NCBI GenBank assembly: GCA_964188305.1
Contig: OZ076894.1
Reading direction: 5' to 3' (one strand)
Length of the DNA stretch: 64,000 nucleotides
From: Podarcis bocagei
Taxonomy: Eukaryota
Part shown: piece by piece, positions 21,845-34,335 of the stretch
Position numbering within the stretch: the first letter of the stretch is position 1
Layout: each line of letters begins with the position of its first letter
Notes under the pieces: generated by a model
Told to the model about the DNA's origin: nothing
Database searches by the model: none
Seen by the model: only the letters and a program-made list of their open reading frames with translations
Translations under genes and position numbers: made by a program

Positions 21845-24800
21845 GGTCTGCCCATCCCCCCAAGGCAAGCTGCTTGTGCCAGTGGAACCTGGCAGGCCAA
21901 GTGGTAGAGCCTGGTGCGTCTAGTGCGCACAGGAGACCACAGAAAACACTACCAGTCTGACGTGTTCCCCTGTTGCATGTGTTTGCAACTTGCCTGCCAC
22001 CAAGCAATACTATGCACCCATGATGCCAAGCCATCACTGACCCAATACAACCCAGATTACAGCTGTGTCACAGTCAAAAAGCAGGACACCACCAAGTACA
22101 GTGCATATATTGCAAGAAAGCAAGCCAAGCCACAGACCACACGTCAGAACATAAGTGATGTACTCTTCACCTTCTGCACCCTCTTGCTAGGATTGTTTTG
22201 CCCACCTGCAGTCCTAAACACACTTGCCAGAGAGTCAGTGCCATATACTTAGCTCCTGCAGTTTGGTGGGTCTCATTGTTACAAATGAGGAACAAGGCGC
22301 AAGCAGAGAGAAAGAAACTGACCTGCTGAACCTTTCCAGCGAGCACATAACTAAATAAAGGATTTCTGAGCTGTATGTCAAATACTTAGTACTATGCAGG
22401 TCCTTGACTAGCTCCTTTCCACCAATTATTACTAGAGGAATCAATTGTATATTTAAATCTTGTATATGTCTACCAGAATATGTCATACCCACCCATTTCC
22501 GCCCCCTGCCCCTGATAAAACTTTCCCAACCTGATGTCACCCTCAACATTTGCTACCATGACGATAGTGGCACGTCTGCCTCTCATATTAATACCAGTGG
22601 GTGAGAGATATGAGAGAGAGAAAATTTCCTGTTTGCTTTGGAAGACTATGAGCTTTCCCCCTTGCATTAAATAATATGAAACTTTCCCGTTAACATTCGG
22701 ATCTTTGAGCCACTGCTTTCTTTGCTAGACTCCAGCAAATGCACTAGAAATGTTGTATGGGGAGTGACTGCAGAAGCTGTCCAGAGATGTTAAGTTGAAG
22801 CCACTGGCAGGAGCTTTCACTGATCTCTCTGGAACCAATGCCTTTAACTGAATGGCTGAGTATATTGCAGAATATTCCTATAAATGGATTTGATTTTTTT
22901 TTTACCTTTTAGCTTTATTTTAATATCTTTCATGTGGAATTCACTGTGTGCTTAAATCTGTCTATCTCATCTCCTCTATTCTATGGTATTTATAATGTGC
23001 CTATCACCATGGCATCTAAGCGCTTTTTAATACATTTCATCTGAAATTCATTGCATGTTTCAAATATAAGAGGGGCTGAATAAGAGGTGGGGTGGAGAAA
23101 TGGAATAATATTTTTAAAGGACAGTTAGAGAAGAAAAATGGGTTTTAATCATCTGACTTGGTAGCATTCCTCCTACATCCCAATCTCACTTGGAGAGTTT
23201 ATGCCAGTGAATGTATAGCATTCAGACTGCAGCTGAATTTTGTCAGTTCACCCTCTGAACCGGGGCCTATTGATTACCCTGCCACTTCCAATCATCACTC
23301 CACTCACTAATCTCTTTTGCCTCACCTCTCTCCTCTAGCACAGATCACTCAGAGCCTGTCTCTGTATTAAGAAAATTGGACCGTATGTAATTCAATTAAG
23401 GTATCTTAAGGTGTTACAGGGAAATGATAGGAATTCCAAACTAGGCTAAAATGGTGCTCATCTGAATTTCAGGTAAAGCTCCCTGTTTCAGGGAGCACAA
23501 GATGATTCAGGAAGCTTGGATATCTCCTAAGAGACATTCCTGGTTCAGATGAGGCCTTGTGCAACTCCGTAATTGTGGCAACCATGTTTGTTTATTCATC
23601 TGGTCACAGTATACGACGGGATGGTCCGATTTGTTTACTGCAGAAGGGACTTGCAGGTGAAGAAAGCTGAGTCCTCCACAGTTCTCTGCCTTTCCTCTCT
23701 AAGGTCCATTCAGCAGTAGACAGGGCATGCTGACCCATGGCAGAATCAGTTTTGTCATGAACACTTGGAGTTACTATATTATTACTAATTACACCTCTGT
23801 AATTAGTGGTGAGTGGGGATATACAGAGTGCATCAGTGCATATTATAGCTGGTCTCGCTTTGTCTGTTTGGAATCTGAAGGAGGGAAGAAACTCCCCCGT
23901 CTTCACATTCCCTATAGGCAGAGATGGCCAGATTGCACTTGAAGTGGTTACCTGACCCTCACCCCTCTCCACACGCTTGCAGTTGAGAGCTGTTGAGAGC
24001 TTCGCTCTTGCAGCCAGAGAAGATCCTTGCCACACAGAAAAATGAATTGCTGGCAGGGCCTATTGCTTTATTGCCTAAGCATTCACTAACACCACACCTG
24101 AGACCAGGTCAGGCAGGGAGACGTATGGGTAGTAGGGTGGCAGGTATGCCAGCAGAATCCCTGACACATTCCGATCATTAATTGAAAGCTCCTGATAGCA
24201 CCTGCAATTTTGTTTGTGTGCGTTCGATACATTTTACCCTAAAAGTACAAAAAATTAAAGGCAGTAAAATATGTATCTTTGTATCAATCACTCTGGCAAT
24301 TATCTACTTTGCATTTCCTGTTCCGAAAGTGTGCTTCTGTGATCTGTACTGCTAAATCCTGCATGTTGCTTATACACATGCACATAACACCCACACAGAC
24401 CTGTTGTGGGAGGCAAAATGTAACCAAGCACAGGACAGGAAGAAGCTCCAAGCTGTCATGCTTCATAGCATTTAGGGTTCAGTTTTCGGAGGCTAAAATT
24501 TCACTCAGGAATATGACATTGACTTTGGGTAGAAGCAAGGCACTTCACAACCCAATTCAGAGCATATTTACTCAGGTGTAAGTCCCCATGAATACAGCAG
24601 AAATTACCTGGGACTAAATCAGTGGCACCTGCTTGCTCATTAAATATGTGTGCAAGGCAAGAGGCATTTTCTGCTGTGAAAAGCCACAGCTCTAACACAC
24701 ACAAAAGTCCACTGGCCTGCAATCCCATACTTGCCACCTCCTTTGCAGCCACCATGAAAATGCAGGCCTCTTAAGAGCTTAGTAATAAATAAATTGCTAT

Positions 24801-25284
24801 CTAAGAAGTGGGCTGGTGGAAAAGGATGGAGCAATCTGTTTCCACAACACAAGCCCACTGTGTTTCTGTGATGGTTGTGGAAGAAGAGACTTAACTTAGT
24901 GTGGGGAAATGATTCCTTTCATGTTTCTGTTGATTTTTCCTCACATTGACACACTTATGCACTCATTTTTTTGTTTTCTCTTGGGATAATGTTACAGCTC
25001 AGAAAGCTCATTTAGTTCAAGTTCAACATTTCCAGAAATAAACTAATTTCACTTCACATTCATTCATTTGCAGAACTAGTTTGGTTCACGTTAAAGGTCG
25101 CAGTTAATTCCAGTTCACCCAAATGATCCTCAGAATTTTGTTTTCAGCATTCAGAATGTTACAAGTACAGAATATACTTAAGAGTAATAAAATATCAAAA
25201 CATACACGCACGATGGAATGTGAATTGCCCAGTACTGTTCATGCCAGCTGCCTGGACCCTCCAGGCTTTAGGCAGCTGAAGCTG

Positions 25285-25358
25285 ACATTCCTGTAGTGCA
25301 GGGTATGGGAATATATGGCCCTTTGGGTCCCTTTCAGCTCTACGGTTCTGTGAGTCTA
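25285..25358 (+). mobile_element. CR1-type 3' tail of a SINE (degenerate relative of 7691-7828)
   Basis: ATTCCTGTAGTGCAGGG...GGTCCCTTTCAGCTCTACGGTTCTGTGAGTCTA. Confidence 0.6.
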
Positions 25359-26439
25359 CGATTTCCCCAACAATTATGATCTTTAAGCCTAAAGGCCTGA
25401 AGTGTCCAAAGAGTAAAAACAACAACAACAACACAACCCCAAAATGAACTTAATGCACATTCAGCTCACTCGGCAACTATGGGGACTTACTTTCAGGTGT
25501 AATTCAGAGATTGTTGTACTAATTCAGTGAACTTTGGTAAACCAAACTATTTCATTCCAAGCACTGCATTATTTGCTGGGTGAAAAATTATGCATGGAGC
25601 CACTTTACATAAAGAGCTTGGCACATGAAGCTGCCTCTGTGTGGTTGCATTCAAATAGCAATGTTGCCTCTGTTTTTGTGTCACTGATTTGGCTTCTACT
25701 ACTATTGCTTTTCTTAGAAAAATCACATAATTCCTTAAAATTATGGGACATGAGTTGATATTATGTAACTCCTCTCATCTAGGAAAATTCTAATATAATT
25801 GGAATGCTGTTTTGGTACAAAGAGTTCTAATCTCCAAGACACAGAAATAAGCAGGGACGAACATAAGATCATCAGTGGCTTTTAAAATATTTAAGAGTGT
25901 GAAGTGGATAATTCTTTTTGGATTTTTTTTAATATAACAACATAAAATTCCTGTAGTATCATATGATCACTATTAATCACCTAGATAGAACAATTGCTAA
26001 GGTGCCCTCTGCTGAAGATATTGTGGCTAATGTTCTCATTACCAGCTAATTGGCTAAAGAGACTTCTCTCACATTGCATTTAGCCTGATTGATAGTTTTC
26101 TATCACCTGATGGGTGGAATGGACAGCCAAACCAATTATCACAGCAAAGTGTGCTATATACCCGGAGACTGCAGGCAGAGACAAAGGATCCTTATCAAAT
26201 TATATCCAGTGACAGTGCCAGCTGAGATTTTGCTAAGCTGTGAGAGAATTGTCTGAAAAACATAGCCTGGCATTGCCTGAATCTCACTAGGTGGAGCAGA
26301 TCCTAAATATTCTGGTCTCCCTAAAAATACTGCTACCCAAATTGTAGTGGACGGCACTATTAAGATTCTATATGTAGTAATTTTTTAATAATGTTTTATA
26401 AATTACTCTGTAATGGTTTGTTTGTAGCTAGTGTATCTG

Positions 26440-26531
26440 CTTCCCGCAACCTGGTGCCCTATAGATGTTTTGGACTGCAACTTCCATCAGCCCGTCACAC
26501 ATTGGTCAGGGATGATGGAAGTTGTAGTCAA
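26440..26531. mobile_element. GGACTACAACTCCCA-family MITE fragment; further copies near 27768-27905, 29570-29707, 33400-33515, 47580-47665, 51966-52060
   Basis: GGACTGCAACTTCCATCA / TGATGGAAGTTGTAGTC inverted arms; the same motif recurs at the listed sites. Confidence 0.7.
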
Positions 26532-27464
26532 GATGGGTGTTTGAAAATTAGAGACCAGATTTAGGAAGAAAACCTGAAATGCCCCATAAAGACAAATACA
26601 GATGCAATCATGTCAAGCACATCCGGAATAATGGTTGCAAATCGCACACACCCCACCCCCCCAAGTAGATACAGTATTTTGAATGGTTCATACCTTCCAA
26701 CTTCAACTGTGGCTCTCCCAGTAAACTGTTGAATTGTGCCAGAGAGTGGGCAGCACAACCCGTATGGCACAAATTATCTTAATCCCAGCTTTCTTGCCTG
26801 GCTGGCTTGTCTGGGTGTGGTACGCTTGTCACAACACTTGCATATTGCAAAATCAGTCAGCTGCAAGATTTTTTAGTTAGTGTGCATTCATAAAACTGTA
26901 AGTAAAATAAATGGAAGACTTTCCAGTTCTGCCTATCTGCATGCAGCCCTAGGCAAGCTTAGATATCAGCAGGGGGTTGAAACTGACAATTCTGAATGTC
27001 TTATTGGTGGTGATAATAGGCCTATAAATGGACAAGGCTCAGGGATTCCCAGTGTCTGAGTTGTGACCTTGCTATGAATACTGATAGGAAGAAGTAGCAT
27101 CACACAAGTCCCTGATTTCTGTAGCCCCTGTTGATGCCGCTGAGGAAGTAAGGAGGCATCTTGTCCTTCCTGTTGCTGCTTGTTCATCTGCCCTCTCTGA
27201 GCAGGCATTCAGGAACAGGAGGAAGGAGAAGGAGAAGGAGCCTTGTCTTGTGTTCTGTCCTTGGGGGCAATGGTGTGAAAGGAGGCCCTAGTGGAGAGAG
27301 TAAATGAATGGGTGGTGATATCAGGTGGGATTAGGAGGACCCACTGGGGGTGGGGGCACCTAAAGCATCTTCCCCAAAGGTCTCCCAAAACCTGGAGCCA
27401 GGGTCTAGCACCTGACATCTGAGCCCCCCAATGGCTGTTTGCCACATTACATTTCCCCTAAACT

Positions 27465-27759
27465 CAGTGCTGAATTTACATACAAGCTAAACAAGCTATA
27501 GCTTTAGGGCCCCAAGGAATTAAAGGAAGAAAACAACTGGATGTAAATTTCAAAAATATAAGATAAAAAATAAAATAAAACCTACATACAGCAACAGTGG
27601 CAAATGGCTTTAGATACCTATTAGATCCATAAATTACCACAGCATATATTTAACACAAAAAACAGCGACAATTTGTTGTTGACAAAGGACAGCTGGACAT
27701 ATAAAGGGCCCCATCACTGCCAGTAGTTTAGGGCCTCGTCAAACCTAAATCCGGCCCTG
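27465..27759. mobile_element. hAT MITE, 295 bp, perfect 8-bp TSD
   Basis: TSD CCTAAACT at 27457-27464 and 27760-27767. TIRs CAGTGCTGAATTTA / TAAATCCGGCCCTG. Confidence 0.9.
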
Positions 27760-29040
27760 CCTAAACTAGATGTGGGGACACTTTTGGCCCTCTGGAAGTT
27801 GCCGAACTGCAACTCCCATCAGTCCCAGCAAGAATGGCCAATGGCTGTGGATGATGGAAGCTGTAGTTCAGCAACATCTGGCAGGCCAAAGGCTCACAAC
27901 ACCTGCTCTAAACACAAGTATACTCACTAGAAGGGAAGCCTGTGGGAAAACGACAAGAGCATTTTCTCTTCCTCCTCTCTCAAATATCATTTGCCCCCTT
28001 ATTCTCCTCAAAGAGCTACAATTCCTTGTGATGAGGGATTGGTTGTTAAACCACTCTGGGAATTGTATCTCTGTAAGGGGAATGGGGTCTCCCAGAAACT
28101 CTCAGCACCCTTAATAAACTACAGTTCCCAGGATTCTTTGGCAGAAGCCATGACTGTTTAAAGTGGCATGATACTGCTGGAGCCTAAGTTTTAGGCCTTT
28201 GTTGTTTTCCCAGAGTTCAAAGCAGACCACAGTAGTGTATAAAGCTTGTGGTACCAAGAGCACCAAATTGTCATATCATTACATTGCTACAAAGAAAAGT
28301 AGCAGGTCTCATCCCTTTGCACAATTGGGTTTTGTTTTGTGCTTCTAAGTTCAGTTCAGTTCATTTTCCGATAATTGCCCTGTTTCTCAGAGGTTGTTGT
28401 GAAAGGAGCTGCACCAAGGCTTTTGCCTTTCTACTTCAGTGGGAAAATGTGTGGTGCTAAACTTCACAGTTCCATTATCATTTTAATGAAAACATTTTCC
28501 TTGCATTCCCCAGTCATGGCCTGTCTTTTGCAGAGGCCATTTTATTAAAAGATATTATCTGCAGTATCATAATTTTGCTGGGATGGAAACTGTGGGTACA
28601 ATGCTAAAATTCTATCCTGTAACTATTTTATTATTATTTTCACACATGCACCCCCCCCAAATTCTGCAAGAAACTCGACAAATTTTGCTACACCATATGG
28701 ATGTTAACTTGTAATAATTATGTATCTACAAAAAAATCCCCATCTAGTTAACTTAATTGCCTCGCCCAGCATTGTTGTCTCTCTAGCTTCTTCCAATACA
28801 GGTACAGGGAAACTTTTTCAATCAGAGGGCTCCATACACTTCTGCACAACCTTCCAGTGTTTGCAAAGGTTGGGCAGGGCCAGAGGCAAAAGTGAGTGGA
28901 GTAGTGGATGTGACTCTTCAAAAGTCAGAGGGCTCAAAGCCTCTCCACCCTCCATCCAGGCAAGCAAACAACAGTTTCATTGTTCAAGGACATTTTCCAC
29001 TTGAGAAGGATGTGGAGCAGAGCCAGGGAAAGGGAAAAGA

Positions 29041-29147
29041 GCCTGGATAGCTCAGTTGGTTAGAGTGTGGTGCTGATAACGCTTAGGTTGCAGGTTCAAT
29101 CCCCACTTAGGAAAAGCTGCATATTCCTGCAGGGGGTTGGAGTAGAT
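29041..29147 (+). mobile_element. tRNA-derived SINE (Ile-like head) with start of CR1-type tail, cut by a hAT-like fragment starting CAGGCATGTCCAAA at 29148
   Basis: TAGCTCAGTTGGTTAGAG A-box, CTGATAA loop, GGTTCAATCC B-box, tail ATTCCTGCAGGGGGTTGGAGTAGAT. Confidence 0.8.
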
Positions 29148-32100
29148 CAGGCATGTCCAAAGTGCGTTCCAGGGGCCTAATCCGGCAGTATATGTCCTGG
29201 GGTAAAATCCTTAAAAAAAGCTCATGAACTTTGGTCGTTCCTCATGCAGAATCCAAAGGACCAGACAGAGTGGCCTGGAGGGCTGCATTCAGGCTCCAGG
29301 CCTGAGGTTCTCCATTCAAGTTCTAAAGGGCTTTCACGTTCCTAATGCAAATACGGTGTTAACAGCTTTAAATGCACCAAAAAATTGAGCTTAGCAGAAG
29401 CCAATGTGCCTCTCACCGTGCAGCTCCTTTAGCCCAAATGCAGTGGGGTGAAATCAGAAGTCTACAAGTACCAGGAGGAATGGTGTTGTTGTATCTTGTG
29501 GCGTTGGTTTCTGTAGACTATCGCCTACTTCATCATATGCAGTTGGCAGATATGCACATGGGGTGTAAAGCAAGGGTGTGAAACTTATTACCCTTCCCAT
29601 GCCAATTGAACTACAACTCCCATCAGCCCAGCCAGCATGCTATTTGTTAGGGACGATGGGAATTGTAGTCCAGCAACAACTGGATAGTAATTGGTTACCC
29701 ACCCCTGTTTTGAGAAATGCCGAGTGTATTAAAATCTGTGTGGGATGGGACAGTGTAGATTAGGGGAACTAGTACTGAAGGGCACAGGAAGCAGAGTGAT
29801 CACTGCAGTTTCATACACTGTCAGAATATTTAAAAGTGTTGACACTGTCTTCAGGCAAGAGTCTGTTTGCAACCTGGCCTTAGCAATGTTTACTCAGAGG
29901 TAAGGCATTGATTTTAAGATTTGTTTCTAAGTACATCTGGTTCAGGATTGTTGCCTTTCCTGCGATACTAGCTATTATGATTCTAGCATTTTATTTTATT
30001 TTATTGCTTGCAAAGGAGATAGGGCACCTTCTGTAACAATATCTGTGTTTTTGTACACTCTTCCTGGGAGTAGCCACCAGGGTCTTCTGGTATTTAGCAG
30101 GTGTTTAAGACCCATCTGTTTCAATTGGCCTTTTGACTTCTGATGACTAAGGAACCGGATCTTTTAGCCAATATATTGGTGTTACTTACGAACGTGTTGT
30201 TGTGCTAGTTTTCTACATTTTAAAATTATGATTCCTTACTGATTTGATAAAGGATCCATATACTTTTCTGATGTAGTGGTTGACCACTTTGAACAGAAAT
30301 AGAAAATAAATATGAATGGAAGTGAATAGAAAACCAGTGTATAAATATATAAAAATAAACTAACAATCAGGAATCAGAGGCATTCTTTAAGATTTTAGCT
30401 GTGCTTTTCTTCCCTTAACCTGACTATTGTCGAAGATTGGATATTACAAGTGAGCAGACAGAAATTAATTCAGGGCCTTGTATCATTTTGTGTTATCAAA
30501 ATAAACAGAGATTCTGGGTTAAAAATGCAATCGGTGACAAAAGAAAGTAGCTAGATTGATTAAACTGTCTTCAATTTACAGAAAATAATAAATTGCCAGG
30601 TTGCTTATTGCATTTCACAAAGCTAAATGCACACAATTGCTTGGCTAATGTTAAAAAAAATAAAAATGCCAAAAACCAAAAACATTTCGGTCATAATTAT
30701 GGGTATCTTGCTTCCAGTCTTGTTTACAAACATAATTGAAGTGATAGATAGATGCAGTGTTTGTAAATGGTTTAGGATAACTAATCTAATAATGGGTGTT
30801 CTTCCTCTTCCAATTTACAGTTCCTTTTGGTACATGTTTTAGTTTCACTGTCCAACCCCTTTGCCCAAACACCACTGTATCTGTAACTATCTGCTAAGAT
30901 ACTGTGAGGCTCTCCTATATTTCTGATTTATGCTTGCTCTTCTGGCATGGGCACTGTAAGCCTAGCAAGTGCTGTCAAGAACAAGTAGCAGGAATACTGA
31001 GCTAGCAGTATTATTTAGGTTTAGGTGTTGTGACCACAAGCACTAAAGTGGCATCCTACCTACAGTAATTGCAGTGACTAAGGTGACCTGATGACTCAGG
31101 TCAGTGCCATGGAGTCCTCTGCAGCTGTGCACATTGCCCTCAAGTTTTTGCAGCTCTTTCCATGTGCCACATACAGCCATTCCTCCCTCTGCACACTCTT
31201 TCTGCCACCTCTTGTATGGCAAGGCAGCAGAATGCATGGACTTCTTTAGAGCAGTGATGACAGCTGGTGCTTTCCCCCTTTCTTTTGCCCCATTTTCTGA
31301 GCTTTTGACACCTAATGCCAAGGTATTGTCAAACCCTCCTCTGCAACCATGAGAGCTAAAAACATTCCCCTCCCCATAAAAGTTTCAAATCCAACAATCC
31401 CAACTATGAAAAGTTGCATAAAAAACAACACAAGGGGCTGCCATATGATTAAAGAAATCTGTCAATTACTCATACAAGTTTTAGCTGATCAATCAACCAG
31501 TGTGTTAATAAATATATTTGCATAAATTAGCATATTGCTGAAAACAGCGGTTTTGTAGTGAGAAACAGGTTCTCTGTATTGTTAAGATGATGCATGCATG
31601 CGTCCTTACGGGCTTCCCCCCCCCTTTCACTCTCACACAAGAGGAAATGCTAATATAGCACTTGTGATTTTCAGTTGTTAGTGTAAGTACTTATTCTAAA
31701 ATAAGTATTATTATTACTGTAAAATATGTTACTGATTAATTGGGGGGCACCTTTTGTCAGTTGCATTTTGAAGCAATTAAACTGATTTATTAATGAAGTG
31801 TTTTGGTGTTAACACACATGAGATTTCAGTTTGGGGCAAATTTATAAGCTACTGAGTGAGATGAGTGCATGAGTGCAATGTAAAACATTATAGCTGCTCC
31901 TGCCCTCGGTCCTATCCTCAGATATGTAGCAGTCAGGATATTCAGTTGTATCCTCAAATATGCAGCCACACTTGTTTTCGATCACCTGGTTTTAAGAGCA
32001 AGCCTTTCTAAAACATAATGACAAAGATACTGTGTCATGTTATGCTTTCTCATTCTGTTGGAATAGCTGGTAATTGCTTTACTGGACACTGAAATTGAAT

Positions 32101-32729
32101 TGCCAAAAGCAGTTAAAACAAAACTCATTACTGTGTGTATAAGATATGGTTTGCTTAAAATCCGGGCAATGCACTCTAATAAACTTTCGGCAGCTTTCTC
32201 TCTCTCTACATCTAGAGATAACAAAATTTACATTTCTATGCTATATAAGAAACTGGAGGAAAAATACACACCAAAGAATGGATCTCAAAGAGGATGGTTT
32301 CATTTGCTTATCAAAAAGCCTTTATTTATGACAAATCTGGTAGTCATCTGTGTAAAAGAAAATACTTTCACCTATATTTTACATAGACATCTTGCAATGG
32401 CTGAATTTTCGGTGCATAGACAGTAATACTTTGTTTCGAAATGTGGCCTTTTAAAAACAACAGCCTGGAACACATGTTTTTTTTTTAAAGATAACCAAAC
32501 TTCAGTGAGTTTCTTTTCTCAAATGCAGAACCTTTGTTAGCATAAGACCACTCATGTACATACTTCTTCCAAGATAAAATCCTGTTGTGGATGAAATGGT
32601 GTGGGCCCTGTTAATACTTAACACTGAATAAACAAGGCAGTCCTTGTTGTTACCTACATCCAAATGCACCGATGTGCCAAAGTTAACCAACAAGCAAATG
32701 AAAACCTATCCTACATGGAAACTTCTTAA

Positions 32730-33185
32730 ACCAGAGGTTCTGGTCCTTAGACCACTGGTGGTTTGCTAGCTCCATTCAAATGGTTCCCACCAAAGTTGCA
32801 GAACAGTCAAAAATATCCATGGTTGTATTTCTCCACCTCACGATGGAGATCAAAGCTGTTTTGTCCGGGACCAGATTGCTAAGCAGGCTATCAAGACCTT
32901 AGTCGAAGGCCTGTGATTTCATAATATGGCACAGGAGCAGTCTACTAATCCTCCCCCCACCCAAAAAAGGATCAGTTAAAAGCACCTGTCTTTAAAGCCT
33001 ATCCAACAGCCTGTGATTTCATAATGTGGCACTGATTTTCAAAATGATGCCGGTGCTAAAGAAAGCCTTCTACTGTATTTTAATAAGCTTTGATTTGTAG
33101 AATAGGTTTTTTTTATTAAGTGGTCAACTGAGACTGCCAGCAATTTGCAAGTGCTCTGGTGGAGGGGGGGCAGGGTTTGAAACAA
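32730..33185. mobile_element. Degenerate hAT-Charlie-like non-autonomous element
   Basis: Left CCAGAGGTTC...GACCACTGGTGGT and right AAGTGGTC...GGTTTGAAA resemble Charlie/MER-type ends. Boundaries approximate. Confidence 0.4.
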
Positions 33186-34204
33186 ACAAACAGGCAGGAG
33201 TAACTAGAATTTTAGGTTTGGAAATGCCACGTTAACTGGAGGCCTAATAGTCAAAGGTAGATGGCAGAGAACAGTTGTGGACAAACTTAGAAGCCACAAT
33301 ATCAGCATTTACTCTGGGTACCACCATAAAATTCATCTTGCCTTGGGATTTTTACTGTAGTACATATAATTTGGCTTAGACTACCCAATACCCCCCCCCA
33401 GAGGCTTTGGAATTCAAGTCCTATCAGCCTCAGGCAAGCCAGCGTGACCAGTGGTCAGGGATAATGGGATCTGGTGGTCCAAAACATTTGGAGGGCACCA
33501 GGTTGGGGGAAGCTAGCTGACTTAGGCCATTGTTCCACTGGGCTTATTAGGGTCTGGTGCAGCTGCAAATGGCCCACTGAAACCTCAGGCAAAGATCTGT
33601 TCTGAGCCTTGAAACCAGAGATCTTTTAACCTAGAGATGTACTGGTGGTTTCAACATGAGAACTCCTGCCATGCAAAGCTGGTGCTCATTTTGACCAAAG
33701 CTATGAGCAGCCTTTCCAGGTGTTATGGCATTAAATTAAACAAATTATCTGGGTGGATATAAATTAACAATTTACAGTGGTGAAAGAGATTTAAGCTCAC
33801 TTCCACTCTACCACCATGGATGCTGTTCTGTGTATCAATTTTTATTATATTTTAAAAATCAATTTCTCATTCATTTTACTCTTCCTGTTTTTAAAAAGAT
33901 AAATCGATGTAGTGATGCCTGTTGGAATCTTTTGACAATTCCAGAATGCAGCCCTGCCAAAGACAGAAGTGATTTTTTGGAGTAATGAGATGTACAGATT
34001 TTGAACTTTAATTACAATTTATTACACACATTTTATATACTGCTTAGTTGATGACAAGAGCCTCCAAGGGGTTTACACAGAATAATCTAAAATATACATT
34101 AAAAAACACAGATGAAAGCAAACATGAAAAACATGTTCGCATCAAAATATAAATAACACCAGCAGTTTTAAAATAAGTATATGCAATAAAAATGCATGTT
34201 AAAA

Positions 34205-34335
34205 ATTGCATGTCTGGGTAGGCTTGCTCGAAAGAAAATTGAGCAAGAGCCAGAAACATTAAAGCAAGAGTGCCTGCCTAATAAAAATGGGCAGGGAGTT
34301 CCAAAGAGTAGCTGCTGCCAAACCAAAGGGTTGAA
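34205..34335 (-). mobile_element. L2-type LINE 3' fragment
   Basis: Reverse complement CCTTTGGTTTGGCAGCAGCTACTCTTTGGAACTCCCTGCC reads AAATLWNSLP, the L2 terminal motif. Confidence 0.6.

Noticed and set aside
26001-26015. CTCF-like motif GGTGCCCTCTGCTGA
   Set aside because: Single motif with a mismatch at a conserved position; not supportable without ChIP or conservation data.
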